A stretch of 64,000 nt of DNA, taken from positions 64,001 through 128,000 of the forward strand of contig JAWLBL010000006.1 in NCBI GenBank assembly GCA_041687695.1, read 5' to 3'. The translations under genes and the position numbers were made by a program. The DNA comes from Myxococcota bacterium. GTDB lineage: Bacteria > Myxococcota_A > UBA9042 > PHBI01 > JAWLBL01. The notes under the pieces were generated by a model, which ran no database searches, was not told the origin of the DNA, and was given only the letters and a program-made list of their open reading frames with translations. This document shows positions 40,461-50,807 of this stretch, piece after piece. Position 1 is the first letter of the stretch, and every line of letters begins with the position of its first letter.

Positions 40461-40788
40461 GGGAGGCTCCTGAGGACGAGGTAGGTGCGTGGTGGTGGCG
40501 TGGGGGCCGCGCTCGGTCGGTCGCGGCGGGACGGAGCGGCGTGTCAGCAAGTCCCGTGCCAGCGCCCGGGAGCCCGGCGGCGGTGGAGGTGCCGATGGTG
40601 GCGGCGAGCGCCCGTGTCCCCCAGGACACGGAGCCGTGTCAACGCCGGTCGCGAGCGAGTCGGTTCGTACGCGACGACGCCCTGCGCGTCTCGCTGCAGC
40701 GCACACCCCCTGGTCGCCTGCAGGCTTGAGCCCGTCGGCCGCTTGCGCGAACATCCCGGGCCATCCAACGACTCCGCTGCGAGGTCCC

Positions 40789-41679
40789 ATGCGTCTCACC
40801 CATTGCATTGCGCGCATCGCGCGCGCGCTCCCTCCCGTCGCGCTCGCGGCCCTGCTTTCGGTCCCGGCCTGCCGCGGCGACGCCGACGGCCGCGGGCCCG
40901 GCACCAACCCGCCCACCGCCGTCGAGCCGGCCGCCCCGGGCGCTGCCGAGGGGGACGCCGCGCCCCAGCCGGCGACGCCTCCGCCGGCCGAGGGCGACGC
41001 CGCCCCGACCGCGCCCACCGGCGAGGGCGACGCCGCCCCGACCGCGCCCGCCCCGACCGGCGAGGCCGACGCCGCCGCGGCGCCCCCCGCTGGCGACGCC
41101 GGAGCCCAAGGTGCCGCCCCGTCCGCCGCCCCGACCGCCGGCCAGACGGCCGAGCTCGGCCAGCCCGCGCCGGGCTTCACCCTGAACGACCTCGAGGGCA
41201 AGCCGGTCAGCCTGGCCGACTACAAGGGCAAGACCGTCGTCCTCGAGTGGTTCAACCCGGACTGCCCCTACGTGCGCCACGCCTACACCGAGGGGCCGCT
41301 CAAGGGCATGCCCGGCCAGCACCGGGGCGTCGTCTGGCTGCGCATCAACTCGGGCGCCGAGGGCCAGCAGGGCGCCGGGCAGGCCCGCAACCAGCAGGCC
41401 GTGCAGGACTGGTCGCTGACCGAGCCGATGCTGCTCGACATGGACGGGCGGGTCGGCAAGCTCTACGAGGCCAAGACCACCCCGCACATGTACGTCATCG
41501 ATCCGCAGGGCACGCTGGTGTACCGCGGCGCCATCGACAACGCGCCCCTCGGCCGCGTGCAGGGCGACGGCGAGGCGGTCAACTACGTGGCGCAGGCGCT
41601 GGCCGATCTCAAGGCCAAGCAGCCGGTGCGCGTCAGCGACACGCGCCCCTACGGCTGCTCGGTCAAGTACGCGAAGTAG
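40789..41679 (+). CDS. Thioredoxin-fold (AhpC/TSA, redoxin) exported protein
   Basis: APGFTL, VVLEWFNPDCPYV, AKTTPHMYVID, YRGAIDN, PYGCSVKY. Confidence 0.88.
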   Translation: MRLTHCIARIARALPPVALAALLSVPACRGDADGRGPGTNPPTAVEPAAPGAAEGDAAPQPATPPPAEGDAAPTAPTGEGDAAPTAPAPTGEADAAAAPPAGDAGAQGAAPSAAPTAGQTAELGQPAPGFTLNDLEGKPVSLADYKGKTVVLEWFNPDCPYVRHAYTEGPLKGMPGQHRGVVWLRINSGAEGQQGAGQARNQQAVQDWSLTEPMLLDMDGRVGKLYEAKTTPHMYVIDPQGTLVYRGAIDNAPLGRVQGDGEAVNYVAQALADLKAKQPVRVSDTRPYGCSVKYAK

Positions 41680-41829
41680 CCGCCTCCCCGGCGGGGCATC
41701 GGCCTGGACCCGGGCCCCGGCGCCATTGTGCATTTGCGCAATGCGTCCGGGGCTCGCTATCTTTCGGTCCAGGGGAGCCGGACGGCGCCGCGCGTCGTGC
41801 GGGGCGGCTGCCGGCGCGGGAGAACTTCG

Positions 41830-42747
41830 ATGACCGACGATCGGCTGCTGGCTTGCGCCCGGGTGCGCCTGCCGGACGGGCTGAGCGCCGCGCTGGGGCC
41901 TGGGGCGCTCATCGGACGCGCCTTCACGGCCGACGCGCGGGTGGACGACGGGCGCGTGAGCGAGGCCCACGCGATGGTGAGCCTGCGGGGCGGCGAGCTG
42001 GTGCTGTTCGCGCTGCGCGGGCGGCTGCGGGTGGGCGAACGCAACGTGACGCGGGTGACGCTCGAGCCCGGGCAGCGGATCGAGCTGGCCGCGGGGGTGG
42101 AGCTGCTCGTCGAGGAGGTCGAGCTGCCGGAGACGCTGCTGGCGCTGGAGGGGCCGGGGGTGGCGCGGCAGGCGCTGGTCGGGGTGACGTCGGTGCTGAC
42201 GGCGCCGGCGCTGCACCTGGTCAACGGGCCGCACCCGAGCGCGGCGGCGCTGGTGTGGAGCGACGGCGTGCGCTGGCGCGTGCGGGTGGGGCAGGGCGCG
42301 CCGCGGCCGCTGCAGGCGGGCGATTGCATCGAGGTGGGCGGGCACACGCTGACGGCGACCGAGATCCCGCGGGTGGTGGTGGGGGTGGCCGAGACGACGC
42401 CGCGGACGAGCGCGCTGGGGCGGCTGCGCATCGTGAGCCTGTTCGACAGCGTGCAGGTCTGGCGCGAGGGCGCGACGAGCCCCTGTGTGCTGCGCGGGCA
42501 GCAGGCGCGCCTGTTCGCCGAGCTGCTCGCCGTGGGCGGCCCCATGCGGTGGGAGCTGGTGGCGGCCGAGCTGTGGCCGGGGGGCGAGGAGTCGAGCGCC
42601 CTGAGGCATCGGCTGGACGTGACGCTGGCGCGGCTGCGGCAGACGCTGAAGGCGGCCGGGGTGCGCCGTGACCTGGTGACGGCCCACCGCAACGGGCACC
42701 TCGAGCTGCTGCTGTACCCGGGTGATCAGGCCGAGGATCGCGGCTGA
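41830..42747 (+). CDS. FHA-domain protein with C-terminal winged-helix-like region
   Basis: LIGR...VSEAHA FHA motif; C-terminal ELWP...LDVTLARLRQTL. Confidence 0.7.
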   Translation: MTDDRLLACARVRLPDGLSAALGPGALIGRAFTADARVDDGRVSEAHAMVSLRGGELVLFALRGRLRVGERNVTRVTLEPGQRIELAAGVELLVEEVELPETLLALEGPGVARQALVGVTSVLTAPALHLVNGPHPSAAALVWSDGVRWRVRVGQGAPRPLQAGDCIEVGGHTLTATEIPRVVVGVAETTPRTSALGRLRIVSLFDSVQVWREGATSPCVLRGQQARLFAELLAVGGPMRWELVAAELWPGGEESSALRHRLDVTLARLRQTLKAAGVRRDLVTAHRNGHLELLLYPGDQAEDRG

Positions 42748-42749
42748 GC

Positions 42750-45629
42750 ATGGGGGACGACGGTGACTTCCGCTCGACCTTCGCCGGCGACGCGAGCCTG
42801 TTGGGCGAGGTGGGCGAGCCGAGCGGCGAGGTCCCGCGCGAGGTGACGCCCAGCGGGCCCCGGTACGTCTCGGGCGGCGAGCTGGGCCGCGGCGGGATGG
42901 GGCGGGTCCACGCGGCCTTCGACCCGCTGCTCTCGCGGCAGATCGCCGTGAAGGTGGCGAGGGCCGCGGACCCGGCGGCCGAGCGGCGGCTGCTCGAGGA
43001 GGCCCGCATCACGGCCGGGCTGGACCACCCGGGCATCATCACGGTCCTCGACGCGGGGGCCGACGCCGAGGGGCGGCCGTTCTACGCCATGCGCGTCGTG
43101 GCGGGGCGCAGCTTCGTCGAGGAGGTCGCGGCCGCGCCACCCGGCCGGGCGACGCGCCGGCACGTGCGTACGCTGCTGGCCGCGGCCCAGGCCGTGGCCT
43201 ATGCGCACGAGCACGGCGTCGTGCACCGCGATCTGTCGGCCTCGAACGTGCGCGTGGGCGACCGGGGCGAGGTGGTCGTCATGGACTGGGGGCTGGCGGC
43301 GCGGGTCGAGGACTGCGCGCGCGGGGGGCTGCGCTGCGGCACGCCCGGGTTCACCGCGCCCGAGCTGGCGGCCGCCGAGCCGTCGGGCCCGGCGAGCGAC
43401 GTGTGGAGCCTGGGGGCGCTGCTGCACCTGGCGCTGGCGGGGCGCGCGCCGTCCGTGGAGGGGCTGCCGCTGGGGGCGCCGCCCCGCGGCTGCCCGCCGG
43501 CCCTGTGGTCCATCGCGCGTCGGGCGCTGGCGCACGCGCCCGAGGACCGCTACCCGAGCGCCGCCGGGTTCGCGGACGACCTGACGGCCTGGCTCGACGG
43601 GACGCGCGTGTCGGCGCACCGCGAGGGGCCGTGGGAGCGCGTGACCCGCTTCGGGCGCAGGAACCCGCTGGCGCTGTCGCTGCTGGCGGGGGGCGCGGTG
43701 CTGGTCGCGATCCTGGGCTCGGTGCTGGGCCTGGTCGCGCAGGCGGCCAAGCAGGAGACGCTCGCCGCGACGACGCAGCTGCTGCTCGACGCGGCGCGCG
43801 AGGCCCTGCTGGAGGACGACCACCGCAAGGCGCTCGAGCACGCGCGGCGCGCGCTGAATCAGGCGCCGGAGTCCCCGGACGCGCGCGGCGTTCTGGCGGC
43901 GCTGGCGGCGCTGCCCGAGGTGCCGCGGACCTCCGTGGGCGGCCGCGACGGCTGCGCGACCTTCGACGTCGACGCTGCCGGGCGGCGCGCGTGCTTCGAG
44001 GGCGACCAGCTGTGGCTCGTCGACGGTGGCCGCCGGGTCGCGCTGCCGCTGCCGGCCGAGCACAGGCCCGTCGCGGTGCGCCTGCTCGCGGGCGGACGTG
44101 TCCTGGTGGTCCACCGGGGGCCGAGGCTCGTGCACATGGTCTCGCTGCTCGCCGGCGACGGCGCCTCCCTGGCGCGGTCGCTGATGCACGGCGCCCTGCG
44201 CGCGATGGACGTCGGGGCCGACGGCCGGGACGTCGTCGTGGCCGGGTCGGACGAGATCCTGCTGGTGTGGGACTCAGAGCCCGAGATCCAGCACGCCGTC
44301 CCCTGCCGGGATGGGATGACCCGGCTCGCGGTGTGGCTGGGTCCCGAGCCGGGCCGCGTCGGGATCCTGTGCGACGACCACAGCTTCGTGCACGTCACCC
44401 GCGACGGGATGACGAGCGGCCTGGTGCCCGACCTGACCTACCTGCTGCGGGGGCCGTTCGCCGGGGCGGGCTTGCGCGACGGACGCCTGGTCGTCGGCAC
44501 CATCGAGGGCCGCGTGGGGCTCGTCGACGGGGAGCGGCGGCGCATCCTGGCGAGCGACGCCTCGCCGGTGGGGCCGGTGCGCGAGGTGCGGGTGCTGCCC
44601 GAGGCCCAGACGGCCGTCGTGGTGGGCGAGCGCGGCCACGCCCTGTGGCGCTACGAGATCGGGGCGTGGGCGGCCGTCGATCCTCGCCGGCTGGACGGCG
44701 TGGCGGTGGTCGGCGAGCTGGTCCACGCCTTCACGGGTGACGCCGTCGAGACGCTGCGCGTGCCGAGGCGCGCGAGCTGGCACCGCAGCGCCTGGGGTGA
44801 GGCGCGGACCGTGCCGGCCTTCTCGCCCGACGGCGTGACGCTGGCGCTGGGGGATGGCTCGGGGAGCGTGGATCTGTTCGGGATCGCGACGGGCGAGGCG
44901 CGGCGCCTGCCGGGCGAGCTGGGGGTGGTCAAGGCGGTCGCGTGGTCGCCGAGCGGCCGGCATCTGGCGGTCGGCGCGTCGCGCGATTTCGGCATCGGGG
45001 TGTACGAGGTGGCGACGCTCGCGCCGTTGCGCGGGTCGTGGCAGGTGGCGACGGCGCGGGGCCGCCATGTGGGCTTTCTGAGCGACGCGCTGCTCGTCAC
45101 CATCGCCTGGGGCGAGGGGAGGTACGGCTTCGACGTGGGGACCGGGCGGCCCGTCGGGCTGCCGCCGATGCCGGGTGAGGACGTGACGGACGTAGTGTTC
45201 GAGCCCAAGGGTGGGCGCTTGTGGGCCCTGTTCGACGGGCACGGGGTGTTCTGGGCCACGGCCGAGGAGGTCGCCGAGGTGCGTCCCGCGCCCTACGCGC
45301 GGGCGCTCGCCGTGTCGCACGACGGGCGGCTGCTGGCCCTGGCCGAGGCCGGCGCGGTCGAGGTGCGGGACACGGCGAGCGACGCGGTCCGGGTCCGCTA
45401 CGAGGCGCCCGGGGCCACCATCGACGCGGTGCACGTCGCGGACGACGGGCGGGTCGCGCTGGGGCGGCGGGATGGGACGGTCGAGGTGCGGGCGTCCGAC
45501 GGCGCGCTGGCGCTGCGGCTGACCGCGCACGGGGTGCGGACGGGCGGCGTCGCCTTCTCGCCCGACGGGACCCGGCTCGCCACCACCGGCTGGGATGGCG
45601 TCGCGCGGGTCCTGGTCGTCGGCGAGTAG
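42750..45629 (+). CDS. Ser/Thr protein kinase with TM segment and C-terminal WD40 repeats
   Basis: LGRGGMG, IAVK, LDHPGI, HRDLSASN, DWGLA, GTPGFTAPE, DVWSLG; AFSPDG...TTGWDG. Confidence 0.9.
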   Translation: MGDDGDFRSTFAGDASLLGEVGEPSGEVPREVTPSGPRYVSGGELGRGGMGRVHAAFDPLLSRQIAVKVARAADPAAERRLLEEARITAGLDHPGIITVLDAGADAEGRPFYAMRVVAGRSFVEEVAAAPPGRATRRHVRTLLAAAQAVAYAHEHGVVHRDLSASNVRVGDRGEVVVMDWGLAARVEDCARGGLRCGTPGFTAPELAAAEPSGPASDVWSLGALLHLALAGRAPSVEGLPLGAPPRGCPPALWSIARRALAHAPEDRYPSAAGFADDLTAWLDGTRVSAHREGPWERVTRFGRRNPLALSLLAGGAVLVAILGSVLGLVAQAAKQETLAATTQLLLDAAREALLEDDHRKALEHARRALNQAPESPDARGVLAALAALPEVPRTSVGGRDGCATFDVDAAGRRACFEGDQLWLVDGGRRVALPLPAEHRPVAVRLLAGGRVLVVHRGPRLVHMVSLLAGDGASLARSLMHGALRAMDVGADGRDVVVAGSDEILLVWDSEPEIQHAVPCRDGMTRLAVWLGPEPGRVGILCDDHSFVHVTRDGMTSGLVPDLTYLLRGPFAGAGLRDGRLVVGTIEGRVGLVDGERRRILASDASPVGPVREVRVLPEAQTAVVVGERGHALWRYEIGAWAAVDPRRLDGVAVVGELVHAFTGDAVETLRVPRRASWHRSAWGEARTVPAFSPDGVTLALGDGSGSVDLFGIATGEARRLPGELGVVKAVAWSPSGRHLAVGASRDFGIGVYEVATLAPLRGSWQVATARGRHVGFLSDALLVTIAWGEGRYGFDVGTGRPVGLPPMPGEDVTDVVFEPKGGRLWALFDGHGVFWATAEEVAEVRPAPYARALAVSHDGRLLALAEAGAVEVRDTASDAVRVRYEAPGATIDAVHVADDGRVALGRRDGTVEVRASDGALALRLTAHGVRTGGVAFSPDGTRLATTGWDGVARVLVVGE

Positions 45630-45641
45630 GGGCGGCGCAGG

Positions 45642-48600
45642 TCAGAGCGAGAAGATCATCGAGTTGCCGGTCGAGACCTCGAGCACGACCAGCCCCATCC
45701 CGTCGTGGGAGAAGTAGACGCGGTCGGCGTCGTCGGGGGCGAACCAGAAGCCGCCGTAGTTCTGCGACAGGCCCGAGTCGAGCGAGCCCGAGATGCAGGC
45801 GAGGCCGGGGTCGGCGGGGGCGTCGTTGCACGACAGGGCCACGCGCGCCGCGGTCGCCGGGTCGACCAGGACGACCTGGGTGCCGCCCTGGCGGCCGACG
45901 GTCCAGTAGCGGGCGCGGGCGGCGTCCCACTTCACCCAGCGGTGGCCGACGCCGGACGAGCCGGTGGGGCCGGACCCGAGCGGGTTGGCGGTCGAGGCGC
46001 CCGTGAGGCGGGCGCGGTCGCCGGTGGCCAGATCGATGGCGTACAGGGTCAGGTCGAAGGCGTTGAGGGCGAGCAGCTTGCCGTCGTGCAGCCCGAAGCC
46101 GGTGAGGACGCCCGAGGTGAAGGCCCAGCCGGCGCCGACCGAGGTGCCGGCCATGGCGTTGCCGGCCATGGTGCCCGCGCGGGTGACGTACTGGCAGGTC
46201 TGCTGGGCGCCCGTGCCGCTGATGCGGATGACGCCCAGGCCTTCGCCGACGGGCGAGGTGTTGGAGAAGCCCAGGTAGAAGGCCCCGGCCGCGTCGATCG
46301 CGAAGCCGTCGGCGCGGGTCTGGACCGACTTGCCGTCGCGGCCGTTGTCGCAGACCGCGAAGCCGGCGCCGTCGCGCTGCCACACCAGGGTGCGGTCGCC
46401 GGTGGCCGGGTCGACGGCGACGATCTCGCCCATCACGTTGGTCCCGGACCAGACGTACAGCGTGCCGTCGGGGCCCCGCTGCACGTCGATGACGTTGGTC
46501 AGGCGGTGGCCGGCGCCGACCTCGGCCGGGGCGCCGCCCGCGGAGAGGTGCTCGCCCGACAGGACGGTGCGGTCGCCGGTGGCGAGGTCGAAGGCCATGA
46601 CGAAGCCGGCGTCGGGGTTGGCGGCGCTGGACCAGGCCACGGCCGCGACGATCTTGCCCTGCGCGGCGTCGAGGAAGCCGCCGAGGAGGGTCGCCTGCGG
46701 GTGGGCGCCGACCCGGACGCCCGCGCCGACGGTCACGCCGGACTCCGAGATGTAGGCCTCGTAGGGGCGCCAGCACACGGGCAGGCCGCCGGTCAGGGCG
46801 CGGTTGGTGAGGCAGCGGCAGTCGGCGTCGAGGGCCGTCGGCTCGGAGACGAACTGCTCGAAGACGCACGAGTCCGCGTAGTAGGGGCTGTCCGGGTCGC
46901 CGACCGAGCTGGTGCAGGTCGCGCCGTCGCCGTAGTCGTAGCAGACCAGGCCTTCGGCGCAGGCCTCGGCCACGCCGTCGACTACGCCGCAGCTGTTGAC
47001 GGTCACGACGGCCGCGCCGCCCTCGGCCGTGGTGCCGCACTTGGTCGAGGTGGCCGGGGTGCAGGCGCCGCAGACCGGGGTGGCGCCGCTGTCGTCACAG
47101 GGCGCGCCCGGGTTGCAGGCGACGTCCAGCGTCGTCGCGCCGCAGCTGTCGACCCACACCACGTCGCCGTCCTCGCAGGCCTTGCCGACCTTGGGCGTGC
47201 AGGCGCACCAGAAGTCGACGTTGTTGGTCGTGCACTGGGCGCCGCCCGTGCAGGCCTCGGCCACGGTCCAGCTCTTGCCGTCGGCGGCGCACACGCGGAC
47301 CTCGCCGAGATCGGGGGCGCAGTAGGTCTTGCCCGCGTTGCACACGATGCCGACGTCGTCGACGCAGCTGGCGGTGCCGTCGGCCTCCTGGCAGATCTTG
47401 CCGCTGGCGCAGGTGGCGTAGACGAAGGTGCCGATGCCGGTGGTCTTGCACTGCAGCACCTGCTTCAGGTCCGCAGAGCACGTCCGCTCGTTCTTGGTGC
47501 ACAGGAGCGCCGGGTCGTCGACGCAGCTCGCGGTCGTGCCATCGGCCATGCAGATCTTGTTCGTGGCGCACAGCTGGAAGTTCTGGGTCGCCGTGCCCGT
47601 GGCGTTGCACTGCAGAACGTACTTCGCGTCCTCCGAGCACAGCTTGCTGTTCGGGACGCAGACCAGGCTCGGGTCGGGGACGCAGGCGGCGGTGCCGTCG
47701 CTCGCCTGGCAGATCTGGCCGACCGGGCAGGTCGCGGAGGGGGCGCTGCCCGAGCCGTCCTCCACGCACACGAGCACGCCCTTCGCGTCGTCCGAGCAGC
47801 TCAGCGCGCCCGGGTCGCAGACGCTGACGTCGACGCAGGTCGGCGTGCCGGCGACGGTCTGGCAGGCGTGCGTCAGGGGACAGGCCTCGACCGGGTCGGC
47901 CCCGGAGCCGTCGGCCCTGCACTGCTCGATCCCCTCGCCATCGGCCGCGCAGCTCAGCGCGCCCGGCGAGCACACGCTGACGTCCACGCAGACGGCCGCC
48001 TCGGCGACCAGCTGGCAGGCGTGGGTGATGGGGCAGGTCTCGGCCGGCTCGAAGCCGCTGCCGTCGCCCGCGCACACCCACACCGAGGCCCCGTCCTCGC
48101 CGCAGTCGGTCTCGCCCGGCGAGCACACCGGCGGCGTCACGTCGGCGTCGGCCGCGTCCTCGGCGACGTCGGGCTCGACCGCGTCGGGCCCGGAGACGTC
48201 CTCGACGGCGTCGGGCATCGAGACGTCCTCGACGGCGTCGGGCACCGAGACGTCCTCGACGGCGTCGGGCCCGGAGACGTCCTCGACGGCGTCGGGCTCG
48301 GAGGCGTCCTCGACGGCGTCAGGCTCGGAGGCGTCCTCGACGGCGTCGGGCACCGAGACGTCCTCGACGGCGTCGGGCACCGAGGCGTCCTCGACGGCGT
48401 CGGGCCCGGAGACGTCCTCGACGGCGTCGGACTCGACGACGTCCTCGACGGCGTCGGGGCCCGAGCCGTCCTGCTCGGCGTCGGGCCCGGCGGCATCCGC
48501 GGAGGCGTCCTGGCCGGCGTCGTCATCGGCGTCGTGGCCCACGTCCGGATCGCCGGTCACGTCGCCGCCGCCGCCGTCCTGGTGCGCGTCCTTGTCGCCG

Positions 48601-48725
48601 TGGATCGTGTCGCCGGCCGCGTCGATGTCGGCCGTCGCCCCTTCATCCCCGCACCCGGCCGCGCCGAGCGCCAGCAGCACCGCCGCCACCATGTGGGTGC
48701 ACGGCCTCCGCATGCCCATCTTCAT
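45642..48725 (-). CDS. Large Cys-rich surface lipoprotein with acidic 9-aa repeats and probable C-terminal beta-propeller
   Basis: Lipobox AAGC; (PDAVEDVSx)n at ~48175-48470; repeated Cys modules of ~50 aa. Confidence 0.8.
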   Translation of the reverse strand: MKMGMRRPCTHMVAAVLLALGAAGCGDEGATADIDAAGDTIHGDKDAHQDGGGGDVTGDPDVGHDADDDAGQDASADAAGPDAEQDGSGPDAVEDVVESDAVEDVSGPDAVEDASVPDAVEDVSVPDAVEDASEPDAVEDASEPDAVEDVSGPDAVEDVSVPDAVEDVSMPDAVEDVSGPDAVEPDVAEDAADADVTPPVCSPGETDCGEDGASVWVCAGDGSGFEPAETCPITHACQLVAEAAVCVDVSVCSPGALSCAADGEGIEQCRADGSGADPVEACPLTHACQTVAGTPTCVDVSVCDPGALSCSDDAKGVLVCVEDGSGSAPSATCPVGQICQASDGTAACVPDPSLVCVPNSKLCSEDAKYVLQCNATGTATQNFQLCATNKICMADGTTASCVDDPALLCTKNERTCSADLKQVLQCKTTGIGTFVYATCASGKICQEADGTASCVDDVGIVCNAGKTYCAPDLGEVRVCAADGKSWTVAEACTGGAQCTTNNVDFWCACTPKVGKACEDGDVVWVDSCGATTLDVACNPGAPCDDSGATPVCGACTPATSTKCGTTAEGGAAVVTVNSCGVVDGVAEACAEGLVCYDYGDGATCTSSVGDPDSPYYADSCVFEQFVSEPTALDADCRCLTNRALTGGLPVCWRPYEAYISESGVTVGAGVRVGAHPQATLLGGFLDAAQGKIVAAVAWSSAANPDAGFVMAFDLATGDRTVLSGEHLSAGGAPAEVGAGHRLTNVIDVQRGPDGTLYVWSGTNVMGEIVAVDPATGDRTLVWQRDGAGFAVCDNGRDGKSVQTRADGFAIDAAGAFYLGFSNTSPVGEGLGVIRISGTGAQQTCQYVTRAGTMAGNAMAGTSVGAGWAFTSGVLTGFGLHDGKLLALNAFDLTLYAIDLATGDRARLTGASTANPLGSGPTGSSGVGHRWVKWDAARARYWTVGRQGGTQVVLVDPATAARVALSCNDAPADPGLACISGSLDSGLSQNYGGFWFAPDDADRVYFSHDGMGLVVLEVSTGNSMIFSL

Positions 48726-48809
48726 CCATCACCTCGAGATCCCTGGATCGGGAGGCCACGCTACGGGCACCGCGCCGCGCTGGGATCTCACGTTGATCTC
48801 ACGCCCGCC

Positions 48810-50807
48810 TCACGGCCACCCGTCCCCGCGCCGGACCCGCACCGCCCGCCCCGTGGCCGCCGCCTCGCGCTGCGCCGCCCCCAGGACGTGCGCCGTCGTC
48901 AGCCGCGCCCCCTCGCGCGCCGCCGCGTAGGCCCCGATGAGGATGGCGTTCTTGATCTCGCCGCCGCTCAGCTCGACGTCCGCCAGCGCCTCGAAGTCGA
49001 TGGGCTCGGCCGTCTCGACGTCCTCGGGCAGCAGGTACCGCCACAGCCGCACCCGCTCGTCGAACCCGGGCAGCCCGAAGGTCACCCGGAAGGTGAAGCG
49101 CCGCTCGAAGGCCTTGTCGATGGCCTGCTTCAGGTTGGTCGTCAGCACCGCGATGCCCGGGAAGCGCTCGACCAGCTGCAGCAGGACGTTGACGTCCATG
49201 TTCGAGTACCGGTCGGCGGACCGCTCCACCGACGTGCGCTTGGAGAACAGCGAGTCGGCCTCGTCGAACAGCAGCAGGCTCCCCTCGGGCCGCGCCCGCT
49301 CGAAGATGCGCGTCAGGTTCTTCTCCGTCTCGCCGATGTACTTGTCGACCACGCTCGCGGTGTTGATGCGGACCAGCGACAGGCCCAGCTCGGCGGCGAC
49401 GACCTCGGCCGCGTGGGTCTTGCCGGTGCCCGGCTCGCCGTCGAACAGCGCGATGATGCCCGTCCCGCGGCAGATGCGCCGCCCCAGCCCCCAGCCGCTC
49501 AGCACCAGGCTCCGCGCCCGCCCCGCGGCGATGACCTCCTCGACCCGCTCGCGCGTCTCGTCGTCCAGCACGAGATCGGCCAGGCGCGCCCGCGGCTCGC
49601 TGACCACCGCCAGGTCCCCCACGTTGCGCGTCAGCTGCGCCCGCGCGGCCCGCTCGAGCCCGGCCGGTTCCAGCCCCTCGGGCGCGCTCACCAGCGCCGC
49701 CAGCCGCACCGCCTGCCCGACCTGCCGCGGGCTCAGGTGCACCCGCGCCGCCAGCTCTCGCAGCGTCTCGGGCGCCAGCTCGGCCTCCGTCGGCAGGTTC
49801 AGGCGCCACACCCGCGCCTCGTCCGGCCCCCCGGCCAGCGCCAGGCGCCGCCGCAGCAGCGTCACCCGCTCGAGCGCCGGCTCCAGCCCCGCGTCCGACG
49901 GCGTCACCAGCACCACCGCCGCGTCGCGCCGCCGCACGAACCGGGCCAGCGCGTGGGCGGCCGCCCCGGTCAGCCGATGCCCGTCGCGCACCAGCACCAC
50001 GTCGCCGTACAGCTCGCTCATCCGCGTCAGCGCCGACAGGACCTCGCGCTGCTGGCCCTCCGACGCGACCGACAGCGCCCCGCCATCGACCTCGAGCGTT
50101 CGCCGATCGATGCCCCGCGCCGCCGCCCGCGCCGCCGTCGCCCGGCCCGACCCCTCGGCGCCCTCGAGCACCAGCAGCACGCCCTCGGCCGCCGGCCCCG
50201 CAAGCGCCCCCAGCCACCCCGGCGTCGGCGCGGGACGCGCCGCCCACGCCGCCAACACGGCGCATAGCCACCCGATGGCCTCGCCCTCGCTCGACGGCGC
50301 CTCGCCGCCGCCCGCCGGCTCCGTCACCTCCAGGTAGGGCGCCGTCGTCAGGGGCGCCGCCTCGACCCCCGCCAGCAGCCCGGCCACCACCGGGTCGGCC
50401 GCCAAGGGCGCGAACAGCGGCGCCTGGCCCGCGGCCGCGTAGGCCACCAGCAGCTCGCGGCGGGCCAGCGTGCCCTGCGGGGCCAGCGCCGCGCGCAGCA
50501 GCCGCTCGTCGTCCGGCCCGTCCGACAGCAGGCGCAGCAGCAGCGCCAGGTCCAGCCGGTCGCGGCGCAGGTCGTCGTTGGCGCGCGCGACGCGCTCGCG
50601 GTGGCCGGGGTCCAGCTGGTCCATCGCGACCAGCCACAGCACCAGCAGCTCGAGCTGCGTCAGCCCGTAGCGCGCGGCGACGGGCGCCCCGGGCGCGTCC
50701 GGCCCGGTCAGCTGGGCGGCCACCTCGCGGCGCGCCACGGTCAGGCCGGCCTCGTCGCCCAGGCTGGCCAGCAGGACCTCGACGCCGTGCAGGAAGGCGG
50801 GGCTCAC
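48810..50807 (-). CDS. AAA+ ATPase, eCIS (Afp15/Pvc15)-like
   Basis: GEPGTGKT, VVDKYIGETEKNL, LLFDEADSLFSKR, DRYSNMDVNVLLQ; degenerate first AAA module (GAEGSGRA); GTGA overlap with the upstream giant gene. Confidence 0.85.
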   Translation of the reverse strand: MSPAFLHGVEVLLASLGDEAGLTVARREVAAQLTGPDAPGAPVAARYGLTQLELLVLWLVAMDQLDPGHRERVARANDDLRRDRLDLALLLRLLSDGPDDERLLRAALAPQGTLARRELLVAYAAAGQAPLFAPLAADPVVAGLLAGVEAAPLTTAPYLEVTEPAGGGEAPSSEGEAIGWLCAVLAAWAARPAPTPGWLGALAGPAAEGVLLVLEGAEGSGRATAARAAARGIDRRTLEVDGGALSVASEGQQREVLSALTRMSELYGDVVLVRDGHRLTGAAAHALARFVRRRDAAVVLVTPSDAGLEPALERVTLLRRRLALAGGPDEARVWRLNLPTEAELAPETLRELAARVHLSPRQVGQAVRLAALVSAPEGLEPAGLERAARAQLTRNVGDLAVVSEPRARLADLVLDDETRERVEEVIAAGRARSLVLSGWGLGRRICRGTGIIALFDGEPGTGKTHAAEVVAAELGLSLVRINTASVVDKYIGETEKNLTRIFERARPEGSLLLFDEADSLFSKRTSVERSADRYSNMDVNVLLQLVERFPGIAVLTTNLKQAIDKAFERRFTFRVTFGLPGFDERVRLWRYLLPEDVETAEPIDFEALADVELSGGEIKNAILIGAYAAAREGARLTTAHVLGAAQREAAATGRAVRVRRGDGWP

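Noticed and set aside
48175..48470. 27-bp repeat as a non-coding array
   Set aside because: In frame, with normal codon usage and no palindromy; an ordinary acidic lipoprotein linker (PDAVEDVSx).
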